Assembly (NCBI GenBank): GCA_003507445.1
Contig: DNVR01000019.1
Location: 76,395 to 140,394, forward strand
DNA: 64,000 bases
Reading direction: 5' to 3'
DNA from: Candidatus Moraniibacteriota bacterium
GTDB lineage: Bacteria > Patescibacteriota > Minisyncoccia > Moranbacterales > GWC2-37-73
Positions 8,171 through 17,892 of the stretch are shown piece after piece. The notes beneath the pieces are model-generated. The model did not search any database, had not been told where the DNA came from, and saw only the letters and a list, made by a program, of their open reading frames with translations. A program made the position numbers and the translations under genes. Numbering within the stretch: the stretch's first letter is position 1; every line of letters begins with the position of its first letter.

Positions 8171-10129
8171 ATGAAATTTGTAATCGATAGTAAATTTAAG
8201 CCAAGTGGAGATCAACCAAGTGCAATTGAGGCTCTTATATATGGCTTGGAACATCGGGAGAAATTTCAGACGTTGTTGGGTGTGACGGGATCTGGGAAAA
8301 CATTCACGATGGCGAATGTGATTGAGCACGTGCAAAAACCGACTTTAGTGATTGCGCCGAACAAAACTTTGGCGGCACAGTTGGTGCAAGAGTTTCGAAC
8401 TTTTTTTCCAAAAAATGCAGTGGAATATTTTGTGTCGTATTATGATTATTATCAACCGGAAGCGTATATTTCTTCATCGGATACTTATATAGAAAAGGAA
8501 GTGCAGATAAACGAGGAAATTGATCGTTTGCGTCACGCTGCAACCAGTGGTCTTTTGTCGAGGAGAGATGTGATCATTGTGGCATCGGTTTCTTGTATCT
8601 ATGGTTTGGGCAGTCCGGATTATTATCGCGAAGGAACGGCTGAGGTTATTGTGGGCGAAAAGAAAAATCGTGAGGAATTGATGAAGGGAATGATCGATAT
8701 GCAATATCATCGAACGGATGTGTTGGCACGCGGAAAGTTTCGAGTAACAGGCGACACGATTGAGGTGATGACGCCGAGTCGAGAAATTGTGACTCGCATT
8801 GAATTGAAAAATGGCAAGGTTGCTCGCATTTACGAATATGATTTCTTGACCGGAGAAAAATTGGGCGAGCTTGAAAAAACTCTGATATATCCAGCCAAAC
8901 ATTTTGTGGTGCCGGAACCAGTGATGAAAGAGGCATTGGGCGAAATCGAAAAGGAAGCAAAAGAGCGCGTGAAATATTTCAGAGATAATAATAAATTATT
9001 GGAGGCTGAAAGAATTGAGAGGCGAACCAAACAGGATTTGGAAATGATGCGCGAAGTTGGATATTGTAATGGAATTGAAAATTATTCTCGCTATTTGACT
9101 GAGAGGGAAGCTGGCGAGCCGCCGTATACTTTGGTGGATTATTTCCCAAAAGATTTTTTGATGATTATTGATGAATCACACGTAACGATTCCGCAATTAA
9201 ATGCAATGTATGCTGGCGATCGTTCTCGAAAAAACGCACTTATTGAGAATGGTTTTCGTTTGCCAAGTGCATATGACAATAGACCGCTTAAGTTTGATGA
9301 ATTTGAAGAGCGCATCAATCAACTTATTTTTACCACAGCTACACCAGCTGCTTATGAAAAAGAGCATTCCAGTTCAACAGCGCAGCAGATAATCAGACCA
9401 ACTGGACTCCTTGATCCGGAAATTATTATTAAATCTGCCAAGGGACAAGTGAAAGATGTGCTGGCTGAAATTGAAAAAGTTGTTGCAAAAAAAGAAAGAG
9501 TCTTAATTACCGCACTTACAAAAAAGATGGCAGAAGATCTTTCAGAATTTTTGAAAGAAAATGGAGTGCGCTGCGAATATTTGCATTCGGATGTGGACAC
9601 GCTGGATCGCGTGCTTATTTTGCAGGGACTTCGCAAGGGAGATTTTGATGTTTTGGTTGGCGTTAATCTTTTGCGCGAAGGCTTGGATCTTCCTGAAGTT
9701 TCTTTGGTAGCAATTTTGGATGCTGACAAAGAGGGCTTTTTGCGCAGTGAAACATCGCTTATTCAAACAATCGGACGAGCTGCCAGAAATATTAATGGCC
9801 GCGTTATTTTGTATGCTGACAATATCACTGGCTCAATGAAGCGCGCTATTGATGAGACAAATCGTAGACGCACTTTGCAGACAGCATACAATAAAAAACA
9901 TCATATTACTCCAAAAACTATCGAAAAAAATATTAAATCAATTGTGGATCATGAAATTAATCCTGAAGTACCACTTGATTTTTCTAAGCTGGAATCACTC
10001 GAAGACATTGCAGGTTATATCAAGCAAAAAGAAAAAGAAATGAAAAACGCTGCTCGCTCAATGGAATTTGAAAAAGCCGCCCTTATCCGCGATGAGATTT
10101 CCACCCTGCGAAAACTGCAGTTGAAATAG
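8171..10129 (+). CDS. uvrB: Excinuclease ABC subunit B
   Basis: GVTGSGKT, YYDYYQPEAY, DESH motifs and C-terminal UVR domain. Confidence 0.99.
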   Translation: MKFVIDSKFKPSGDQPSAIEALIYGLEHREKFQTLLGVTGSGKTFTMANVIEHVQKPTLVIAPNKTLAAQLVQEFRTFFPKNAVEYFVSYYDYYQPEAYISSSDTYIEKEVQINEEIDRLRHAATSGLLSRRDVIIVASVSCIYGLGSPDYYREGTAEVIVGEKKNREELMKGMIDMQYHRTDVLARGKFRVTGDTIEVMTPSREIVTRIELKNGKVARIYEYDFLTGEKLGELEKTLIYPAKHFVVPEPVMKEALGEIEKEAKERVKYFRDNNKLLEAERIERRTKQDLEMMREVGYCNGIENYSRYLTEREAGEPPYTLVDYFPKDFLMIIDESHVTIPQLNAMYAGDRSRKNALIENGFRLPSAYDNRPLKFDEFEERINQLIFTTATPAAYEKEHSSSTAQQIIRPTGLLDPEIIIKSAKGQVKDVLAEIEKVVAKKERVLITALTKKMAEDLSEFLKENGVRCEYLHSDVDTLDRVLILQGLRKGDFDVLVGVNLLREGLDLPEVSLVAILDADKEGFLRSETSLIQTIGRAARNINGRVILYADNITGSMKRAIDETNRRRTLQTAYNKKHHITPKTIEKNIKSIVDHEINPEVPLDFSKLESLEDIAGYIKQKEKEMKNAARSMEFEKAALIRDEISTLRKLQLK

Positions 10130-10251
10130 TTTCAATTTTACATCTTTGACAAATGGTCTGTAATTGATATATTACAGTTGTTATGGTTATTTTAAAAAGC
10201 AGCTTCATATGAACGTGCGAATAGGGAGTATCTAACCGAGAGGAGGAGGAC

Positions 10252-10686
10252 ATGACTGAGAATAAGAATGCGATAAATTGTGCTGGTGTTCCGCTTGTTC
10301 CTGGAGGTATGACGCTTAAAGAGCATGTTGAAGGTGGTATTTTGGTTTGGAATCCAGCCATAATAAAGCCATTTCTTTTCGAGGAACAAAAAAGGCCTGG
10401 AGGAATTCTTGGCAGAAACTTGCTTGAATTGCATCCACTGTACTCAATCCCAGTTGCCTATGGCAACATTCTCGATTTTCTACTGGAAAACCCCGCACAT
10501 ATTCGCGTGGAATGGGATGGATTGGTTTTTTTAGATCCCGTTTTTAAAGCATATGACAAGAGTCTTCATGTGCGGCAGTTAATTCGGGAGATAAATGGAC
10601 AATATCATGCCAGCTCGCTATGGTTGGATGTTAGTATGTGCGAGATTCATCCAATAGCACTTTTGAATGGGAATGTTCCAATGTAG
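10252..10686 (+). CDS. Hypothetical protein
   Basis: 144-aa ORF with strong RBS (gaggagga) upstream and hairpin/T-run downstream. Confidence 0.65.
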   Translation: MTENKNAINCAGVPLVPGGMTLKEHVEGGILVWNPAIIKPFLFEEQKRPGGILGRNLLELHPLYSIPVAYGNILDFLLENPAHIRVEWDGLVFLDPVFKAYDKSLHVRQLIREINGQYHASSLWLDVSMCEIHPIALLNGNVPM

Positions 10687-10854
10687 AGGCCTGTTGAACC
10701 ACCTTCAGCGTTCAACAAAAAGCGACCCTGAGCTATAGAAATAGTAAGGGGTCTTTTTTTTGTTGTCTTGTGTTATTTTGAATAGCCTTGTAAAATGGAT
10801 TAAGTGTAAAAATGTATTGTTTTTAATAAAAATTAAGTATTAATATAAATATCT

Positions 10855-11961
10855 ATGGAGGGAGAAAACAAAGTAGAAGACAAAATATTGGAAGCGTCAG
10901 AAACAAAAGTTGATTCATCTGTCGGGGAGGCAGGAAAAAAGGTTTCTTTTGTTGAAAAAATGAAAAAGGTGTGTTGTAATGATGGATCTTGCAAAATTAA
11001 TTGCAAAAACAAAGGCCTTATAGTTGCTGCTGTTATTTTGTTGCTGTTGGTTGCGGGTAGTTATGGATATAAACAATATCGACAGAAGATAGATCTTGGT
11101 TCAGATGCTGTGAAAACTAAGGTAGAGAAATTCTTGAGTGAAAATGTTCCAGCAACAGCAAAGACTGGAATTAAAGATATAACCAAGGATGGAGATTTGT
11201 ATAAAATTACAGTTACTGTTGATAAGCAAGAAATTCCAATATTTGTGACTCGTGATGGGAAAAAGCTTATCCAAGCACAAGGTGTTATCGATTTGGACCA
11301 AAAACCAGCCGATCCAAATGCTCAAGCGCAAGCTCCTGAAAAAACAGAAGCTGAAAACAAAACCGATGTGCCAGTTGTTGATTTGTTTGTGATGAGTTAC
11401 TGCCCATATGGACTTCAAATGGAAAGAGGTGTTTTGCCAGCAGTTGAAGCGCTTGGAGCAAAAATAAAATTCAATGTAAAATTTGTTGATTATACTTTGC
11501 ACGGACAAAAAGAAGTTACTGAAAATGTTAATCAATATTGCATTGGAAAAACACAGCCAACTAAGTTGAATAATTATCTAAAATGTTTTTGGAAAGACAG
11601 CAAAGGTACAGCGGCTGCTTGTATGAAAACTGCAGGGGTTAATGCTGCTAGTGTCGCAACTTGTGTTGCTGATACCAACAAGGAATTTAATCCAACAGAA
11701 AAAGCGATGGGATTGAACAAGGAAGAAACTGTGAAATTTGGAGTGCAAGGATCTCCAACACTTGTGATTAATGGAACAACTGTTTCATCTAGCCGCGATA
11801 GCGCAAGTGTTTTGAAAGCTATTTGCTCAGGATTCACAACTCAGCCTAAGGAATGTGAGGCGAAATTGTCTACCACAGCTCCTGCAGCTGGATTTGATGA
11901 TGAAGCTGCTGCAGCAGGAGGAGCAGCATCTGCTGCATCTTGCGCAACACCAACAAACTAA
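10855..11961 (+). CDS. Membrane-anchored DsbA/thioredoxin-fold protein (CPYG)
   Basis: TM helix, VMSYCPYG, GVQGSPTLVINGT cis-Pro loop. Confidence 0.75.
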   Translation: MEGENKVEDKILEASETKVDSSVGEAGKKVSFVEKMKKVCCNDGSCKINCKNKGLIVAAVILLLLVAGSYGYKQYRQKIDLGSDAVKTKVEKFLSENVPATAKTGIKDITKDGDLYKITVTVDKQEIPIFVTRDGKKLIQAQGVIDLDQKPADPNAQAQAPEKTEAENKTDVPVVDLFVMSYCPYGLQMERGVLPAVEALGAKIKFNVKFVDYTLHGQKEVTENVNQYCIGKTQPTKLNNYLKCFWKDSKGTAAACMKTAGVNAASVATCVADTNKEFNPTEKAMGLNKEETVKFGVQGSPTLVINGTTVSSSRDSASVLKAICSGFTTQPKECEAKLSTTAPAAGFDDEAAAAGGAASAASCATPTN

Positions 11962-12041
11962 TAACATCCTACAAAATTGATTTCTTCTTAAAAGCGTAGT
12001 ACTATGTATTACGCTTTTAAATTTATGATTTAATTTTAAAT

Positions 12042-14936
12042 ATGCAGGAAGACAAGATAATTATAAAGGGTGCGCGCGAGCACAATTTAAAAAATATTGA
12101 TCTGGAATTGCCTCGGAACAAGTTCATTGTTTTTACGGGTCTTTCGGGCAGTGGAAAATCAACTTTGGCATTTGATACTATTTTTGCTGAAGGGCAAAGA
12201 CGATATCTGGAAAGTTTGTCGAGTTATGCGCGTCAATTTTTGGGACAGATGGATAAGCCAGATGTTGATTATATCCAAGGTCTTTCGCCTGCAATTTCTA
12301 TTGATCAAAAATCAACCTCACACAATCCTCGTTCAACAGTGGGAACGGTAACTGAAATCAATGATTACCTGAGGCTTCTTTTTGCTAAAATTGGCGTTCC
12401 TCATTGCAGTGTTTGTGGGCGTGAAATTTCAAAACTTTCCACCGATGAAATTGTGGATAGAATTTTGGATATGGGCGGAAAAAAGAAATCACAAACAATT
12501 GAAATTTCTTCGCCAATTGTGCGCGAGCGAAAAGGCGAATATTTGGCAATGTTGGATGATATGTGGAAGCGTGGTTATTCAGAGGCGATTGTGGATGGAA
12601 AACTGGAAAGATTGGAAAATTTTAAAGATATAAAATTAGGAAGATATAACAAGCATAGTATCGATATTATTGTTGATACGGTTGTTATTAATGAAGAAAA
12701 TCTTAGTAGGATTTTTGAAGGAGTTGAAAAAGCGCTCAGGCTTTCGCACGGAATTGTAAAAGTGAAATGCGTAAAAGAGTTGAAAGTTGAAAGTAGCAAG
12801 TCGAAAGAAATTGGATGTGTTGAACAGATTTTTAATCAGAATTTGTCTTGTCCGATTCACGATATTGAATTTCCAGAAATGGAGCCGCGCCTTTTTTCTT
12901 TTAATTCTCCTTATGGTGCCTGCGAGGGTTGCGAAGGTCTGGGTATGAAAAAAGAAATTGATCCTGCGCGAGTGATGCCAGATATGAATAAAACTATTGG
13001 CGAAGGAGGGATTATGCCTTGGAGTTTTAAACCTAATAATTATCAAGGAACGGTGCTAAAAGCAGTAGCTCAATATTATAGTATTCCTGACAATAAACGC
13101 TTGCGGGATTTGCCAAAAGATAAGATTGATATTTTGATGTATGGAACTGAGGACGAAGATTTGATAAAAGTTAAATATCATTTTAAAAGTGGCAGCGGTC
13201 ATTATAATGTGCGTTGGAAAGGTGTGGTGGCGTGGCTGCAGGAAAGATATCGCACGACAACCTCAGATGCAGTGCGCACAGACATTGAAAAATATATGTC
13301 GCAAAAACCTTGTTCGACTTGCGGAGGAAGCAGATATAAAAGTGACGTGCTTCTCGTTAGTGTTGGGGGTAAAAATATTTATGAAATTTCGGCGCTTAGT
13401 ATTTGGCAGTGTATCGAATTTTTTAAAAATTTAAAATTAACTGCCCGAGAGGAATTGATTGCTGGCAGAATTTTAAAAGAAATTGTTGCGCGCTTGGTTT
13501 TTCTTAATAACGTTGGTCTGGATTATTTGACTCTTGGGCGAGCAGCGTATTCTCTTTCTGGTGGAGAATCACAGCGCATACGTTTGGCTTCTCAGATTGG
13601 TTCACAACTGGTTGGAGTTTTGTATATTTTAGATGAGCCATCTATTGGTCTTCATGCTCGCGATAATGCAAAACTCATTGAAACATTAAGGCAGTTGCAA
13701 CAAATCGGCAACACATTAATTGTGATTGAACACGATGAAGAAATGATGCGCTCTGCTGACTGGCTGGTTGATATTGGTCCGGGAGCAGGAAAGCACGGCG
13801 GCGAAATTGTGGCGCAAGGATTGCCCGAAGATGTTATTAATAATCCAAAGTCACTTACTGGAAAATACCTTCGAAATGAGCTTGAAATTGAAATTCCAAA
13901 ATTCAGAAGACAAATGAAAAGAAAGAAGAGTATCACAGTGCGAGGAGCTTCTGAGCATAATTTGAAAAATGTGACAGTGGAATTTCCACTTAAAGTTTTC
14001 ACTTGCGTGACTGGAGTTTCTGGATCTGGAAAATCAACATTGGTAGAAGAAACTTTATACAAGGCGTTGGCTAATAAATTGCATCGCGCGCTTGATGTGC
14101 CTGCAAAGCATAATGAAATTATTGGCATTGAAAATATCAACAAGGTTATTATGATTGATCAATCTCCAATTGGGAGAACGCCGCGCTCAAACCCTGCCAC
14201 TTATACTGGTCTTTTTACGCATATTCGCGAGCTGTTTGCGCAAACAAAAGACGCCAAGCTTAGGGGATATGGTCCTGGCAGATTCTCATTTAACGTGGCT
14301 GGCGGGCGCTGCGACAATTGCTCTGGCGAGGGATATCTTAAAATCGAAATGCAGTTTATGCCCGATGTGTATTTGCCGTGCGATGTTTGTAATAGTAAAA
14401 GATATAACAGTGAAACTTTGCAAGTTAAATATAAGGGTAAAAATATTTCAGAGGTGCTGGCGATGACAGTTTCTGAAGGCGTTGAATTTTTTGGCGCACT
14501 TTCAAAAATATACGAACCACTTAAAGTTTTGGAGGAAGTTGGTTTGGGGTATATTGAACTTGGTCAAAGCGCCACCACACTTTCTGGTGGAGAAGCGCAG
14601 CGTATAAAACTTGCCAGCGAACTTTCGCGTCGCGCGACTGGAAATACTTTATATATTTTGGATGAGCCAACCACAGGTCTTCATTTTGATGACATCAAAA
14701 AACTTTTAACAGTGCTCAATCGTCTTGTGGATGCGGGAAACACCGTTGTTGTTATTGAACACAATATGGACGTGATTAAAACTGCAGATTGGATCATCGA
14801 TATGGGACCGGAGGGTGGCGACGGCGGCGGAAAAGTTGTTGTCACTGGTCCACCAGAAGAAGTTATCAAATATCACAAAGAAAGTTATACCGCTAAATAT
14901 TTGCGACAAGTCCTGAAGCCGAAAAGCATACAATAA
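12042..14936 (+). CDS. uvrA: Excinuclease ABC subunit A (copy 1)
   Basis: Two ABC cassettes ([21 protein letters not shown]) and zinc fingers. Confidence 0.99.
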   Translation: MQEDKIIIKGAREHNLKNIDLELPRNKFIVFTGLSGSGKSTLAFDTIFAEGQRRYLESLSSYARQFLGQMDKPDVDYIQGLSPAISIDQKSTSHNPRSTVGTVTEINDYLRLLFAKIGVPHCSVCGREISKLSTDEIVDRILDMGGKKKSQTIEISSPIVRERKGEYLAMLDDMWKRGYSEAIVDGKLERLENFKDIKLGRYNKHSIDIIVDTVVINEENLSRIFEGVEKALRLSHGIVKVKCVKELKVESSKSKEIGCVEQIFNQNLSCPIHDIEFPEMEPRLFSFNSPYGACEGCEGLGMKKEIDPARVMPDMNKTIGEGGIMPWSFKPNNYQGTVLKAVAQYYSIPDNKRLRDLPKDKIDILMYGTEDEDLIKVKYHFKSGSGHYNVRWKGVVAWLQERYRTTTSDAVRTDIEKYMSQKPCSTCGGSRYKSDVLLVSVGGKNIYEISALSIWQCIEFFKNLKLTAREELIAGRILKEIVARLVFLNNVGLDYLTLGRAAYSLSGGESQRIRLASQIGSQLVGVLYILDEPSIGLHARDNAKLIETLRQLQQIGNTLIVIEHDEEMMRSADWLVDIGPGAGKHGGEIVAQGLPEDVINNPKSLTGKYLRNELEIEIPKFRRQMKRKKSITVRGASEHNLKNVTVEFPLKVFTCVTGVSGSGKSTLVEETLYKALANKLHRALDVPAKHNEIIGIENINKVIMIDQSPIGRTPRSNPATYTGLFTHIRELFAQTKDAKLRGYGPGRFSFNVAGGRCDNCSGEGYLKIEMQFMPDVYLPCDVCNSKRYNSETLQVKYKGKNISEVLAMTVSEGVEFFGALSKIYEPLKVLEEVGLGYIELGQSATTLSGGEAQRIKLASELSRRATGNTLYILDEPTTGLHFDDIKKLLTVLNRLVDAGNTVVVIEHNMDVIKTADWIIDMGPEGGDGGGKVVVTGPPEEVIKYHKESYTAKYLRQVLKPKSIQ

Positions 14937-14952
14937 CTTTCTTCCTTATCTT

Positions 14953-14998
14953 TCTCTCCTCAGATGAGGAGAGATGTCATGTACTCGTGACAGAGAGG
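14953..14998. repeat. Tandem hairpins downstream of uvrA
   Basis: tctctcctc-agat-gaggagaga followed by tgtca..tgaca. Confidence 0.5.
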
Positions 14999-15061
14999 TT
15001 TGAGCATTGCATGACCCACAAATCTACAAATCTGCTACGAATCTACAAATACATCAATCTT

Positions 15062-15177
15062 GTTATTCCGGGCTTGACCCGGAATCTAGGTTTAGCACAT
15101 CATGCTCTATGTTGTAGTTGATTATAATTGGCTAATTAAGTGCTAGATCCTAGATTCCCACCTACGCGGGAATGACA
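15062..15177. mobile_element. TGT(T/C)AT..ATGACA palindromic element
   Basis: tgttattccgggcttgacccggaatctagg ... cctagattcccacctacgcgggaatgaca. Confidence 0.8.
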
Positions 15178-15217
15178 TAATAAAAAATATAGTTTTTTGG
15201 TGTTGATATTTTGAGAT

Positions 15218-15268
15218 AAAAAAAGAGGACGGAAGTTTTTCTAGCGATGCTAGTAAACTTCCGTCCTT
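15218..15268 (-). terminator. Intrinsic terminator of the 15287-15616 gene
   Basis: A-run then aggacggaagttt..aaacttccgtcct. Confidence 0.65.
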
Positions 15269-15286
15269 GGTACAGTCTGGCAGTGG

Positions 15287-15616
15287 TTATTTTTTTCTGG
15301 GTTCGTGATCAATCCAGAGAAACATGAAACTGCCACGATCGTATGTTTCATGCCATCCAGTTATTTTTAATTCCGGATGTTTTTCCATGAAGGCATTTTT
15401 TATTTCCAGAATTGTTTTTGCAATTTTGAGGTCATCTTGATTGGATAATCCAACTCTTACGCTGTGATCATTATAAAGTGGAATGCTCGTTGTGTTTCCA
15501 ACTGTTATGGCATTCGCCAAGTTTCTTGTTACTGTTGTCCCATACCTTTCAGCGCGGACATCTAATGAAGCAAAAAATATGCTTGCCATTATCAATGTCA
15601 CCAATATTTTTTTCAT
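15287..15616 (-). CDS. Hypothetical exported protein
   Basis: Signal peptide MKKILVTLIMASIFFAS; RBS ggga upstream; terminator downstream. Confidence 0.65.
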   Translation of the reverse strand: MKKILVTLIMASIFFASLDVRAERYGTTVTRNLANAITVGNTTSIPLYNDHSVRVGLSNQDDLKIAKTILEIKNAFMEKHPELKITGWHETYDRGSFMFLWIDHEPRKK

Positions 15617-15724
15617 TGTTGTCTCCCAGCCTCTTTTTTGAGGTCTTTGTTTTATTGCCTAAAATAGGCGTTTGATTGTAATATATAATTGTTCAGGTAC
15701 AATAGTATATTATATTCCTAAATT

Positions 15725-17212
15725 ATGAAAAAGTCAAGATTACAGCGGAAAGTAGCTGAGCTGCCTCAAAATCCGGGGGTGTATTTTTTTCGTGATCAAG
15801 AGGGTAAGATTTTATATATTGGCAAGGCGACAAACCTTCGTTCCAGAGTTCAGTCGTATTTTCGCAATGTCATCCCGAACTCGTTTCAGGATCTAGATGA
15901 GCCTAGCGAGATGCTGAAACAAGTTCAGCATGACACAAAGGGATTCTTGAGCGTTCCTGGGCGGAGTGAATGGATTGGGTTGATGGTGGCTCAAGTTGTG
16001 GATATTGATTTTGAGCAGACGGATTCAGTTTTGGAAGCGCTGATTTTGGAAAGCAATTTAATTAAAAAATATCAGCCAAAATATAATACTCTGGAGAAAG
16101 ATGATAAATCATTTTCGTATTTTGTTGTCACTAAAGAAGAATTTCCAAAAGTTTTGATTGTGAGAAAAACAGATTTAGTTTGTCATCCCGCACTTGATGC
16201 GGGTTCCAGTCACACGCACAAATCTGGCTCAGCTCTGGATTCCCGCCTACGCGGGAATGACAAGGCCTCAAAGCCTTGTAAAAAAATACAAAATACCAAA
16301 TACCAGATACCATATACCAAGACCTTCGGTCCTTATACGAGCAAGCAACAAATGCAGACCGCGCTGAAAATTATCCGTCGCATTTTCCCGTTTCATGCTG
16401 GGAAACAAAAAACTGAAAAAGGCTGTTTGGATTTTCAAATCGGTCTTTGTCCTGGGCCGTACGCTGATGCAATTTCAAAAACTGATTATAAAAAAAATAT
16501 TCGAGGGATTGAAATGATTTTGCAGGGGAAGAAAAAAAGCTTGATTTCAAAAATGGAAAAAGAAATGCAAGTTTTTTCCAAAAAAAATGAATTTGAAAAA
16601 GCGGCAGTTCTCCGAAATAAAATTTTTGCATTGCAGCACATTCGCGATGTGGCACTGATGACAAGGGAGATGGAACATGGAGCATGGAACATGGAGCATG
16701 AAATACAAGATACAAAATACCAAATACCAAATACCAGAATCGAGGCTTATGATATCTCCAACATCTCTGGACAATATGCTGTTGGTTCAATGGTGGTTTT
16801 TGAAAATGGTATGCCGAATAAATCGCAGTATCGCAAGTTTAAAATAAAAACTGTTGATGGCAGTAATGATGTGGCGATGATGAAAGAAGTTTTGTCGCGA
16901 AGATTTAATAATGATTGGTCAATGCCAGATTTGATTTTGCTGGATGGCGGACAGGGACACGTTAATATGGCAGGGGATTTGGTGCGCGAATTAGGACTAG
17001 ATTTGTTGATTGTCGGTGTGGCTAAAGGTAAGACGCGTAAAAATCTCAATTTCCAATTTCCAATTTCCAATAAAATCCCAATGTCTCAATTTCCAAAAGA
17101 AATGCAAGAGTTTTTAAATGATAAGAATCTGGTTAAATCTATTATGGATGAGGCTCACCGCTTTGCAATTGCTTATCATCGAAAATTACGCAGTAAAAAC
17201 GCCTTAAAATAA
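15725..17212 (+). CDS. uvrC: Excinuclease ABC subunit C-like protein (GIY-YIG, UVR, RNaseH-like; no HhH tail) with five repeat-derived insertions
   Basis: PGVYFF..LYIGKATNLRSRVQSYF, IEAYDISN, LLDGGQG, DEAHRFAI. Confidence 0.95.
   Translation: MKKSRLQRKVAELPQNPGVYFFRDQEGKILYIGKATNLRSRVQSYFRNVIPNSFQDLDEPSEMLKQVQHDTKGFLSVPGRSEWIGLMVAQVVDIDFEQTDSVLEALILESNLIKKYQPKYNTLEKDDKSFSYFVVTKEEFPKVLIVRKTDLVCHPALDAGSSHTHKSGSALDSRLRGNDKASKPCKKIQNTKYQIPYTKTFGPYTSKQQMQTALKIIRRIFPFHAGKQKTEKGCLDFQIGLCPGPYADAISKTDYKKNIRGIEMILQGKKKSLISKMEKEMQVFSKKNEFEKAAVLRNKIFALQHIRDVALMTREMEHGAWNMEHEIQDTKYQIPNTRIEAYDISNISGQYAVGSMVVFENGMPNKSQYRKFKIKTVDGSNDVAMMKEVLSRRFNNDWSMPDLILLDGGQGHVNMAGDLVRELGLDLLIVGVAKGKTRKNLNFQFPISNKIPMSQFPKEMQEFLNDKNLVKSIMDEAHRFAIAYHRKLRSKNALK
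15868..15935. mobile_element. TGTCAT..ATGACA element in frame within uvrC
   Basis: Encodes VIPNSFQDLDEPSEMLKQVQHD; gctgaaacaagttcagcatgaca arm shared with the elp3 copies. Confidence 0.85.
16181..16262. mobile_element. TGTCAT..ATGACA element in frame within uvrC
   Basis: tgtcatcccgcacttgatgcggg..ggattcccgcctacgcgggaatgaca; encodes CHPALDAGSS..LDSRLRGND. Confidence 0.85.
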
Positions 17213-17311
17213 TTGAAAGACAGTTTGAGTTGTTGCGTATGAATATATACAAATCAAGACTGAGTTTCGAAATGATAGGCGAACTCAGTTTTGTGCAATG
17301 GGAATGGAAAT

Positions 17312-17683
17312 ATGATGAAAAAAATAACACGAAAAACTTTATCAAGCTTTCTTTTGATAGTTGCAATTCTTTTGATTGCAGGTGGTTTTTCTGATGGTAT
17401 GATTGCTTCAGCTGATATGAATTCAATGGAGGATTCATCAATAGTTTTACACCAGAGTGTGCCAGTCAATGATAATGCATTAAAGCCTTGCTGTGAGGAT
17501 AAACAAGGTGGTGCGTCGGCAATTCAGTTTTCAGTTTTTACTCAAAACATAAAATTTTTACCACTTGGCTTTGCTGAAAATATTTCTGGCAGCAATTCAA
17601 TTTTTGAACATAAAATTATAGAATTATCTTCTGCTTCGCCACCGAAGCCGGATATCATTTCTTCCGTTTTCCTGAAGGAATAA
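17312..17683 (+). CDS. Small exported protein with CC motif and C-terminal Pro-Pro (DUF2946/CutF-like candidate)
   Basis: Signal/TM segment, LKPCCED, SASPPKPD near the C-terminus; directly upstream of copper genes. Confidence 0.6.
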   Translation: MMKKITRKTLSSFLLIVAILLIAGGFSDGMIASADMNSMEDSSIVLHQSVPVNDNALKPCCEDKQGGASAIQFSVFTQNIKFLPLGFAENISGSNSIFEHKIIELSSASPPKPDIISSVFLKE

Positions 17684-17748
17684 ATCTTTTCTCTTGTTTG
17701 CCCTTTTTAAATAAGGGTGGTTTTTGGTATACTTAAAAAATAAAAATT

Positions 17749-17880
17749 AGGACTTACGCATTTTCTCAACTATTTCTTATTTGGCACGCTTTTGGATGAA
17801 TACTCAATATCCAAAAGCTCAAAGAGTTGCTGTCGCCAACTATTGGCCAAAAAAGAAATGTTTCGAAATGTGTAACTTCT
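17749..17880. repeat. 132-bp structured repeat, copy 1
   Basis: aggacttacgca..tgtgtaacttct; near-identical to 19419-19550. Confidence 0.9.
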
Positions 17881-17892
17881 TACTTATATAAT

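Noticed and set aside
15725-17212. Inteins or introns as the explanation for in-frame inserts
   Set aside because: Inserts are about 10-30 codons, lack recognisable intein blocks or intron cores, and match intergenic repeat families
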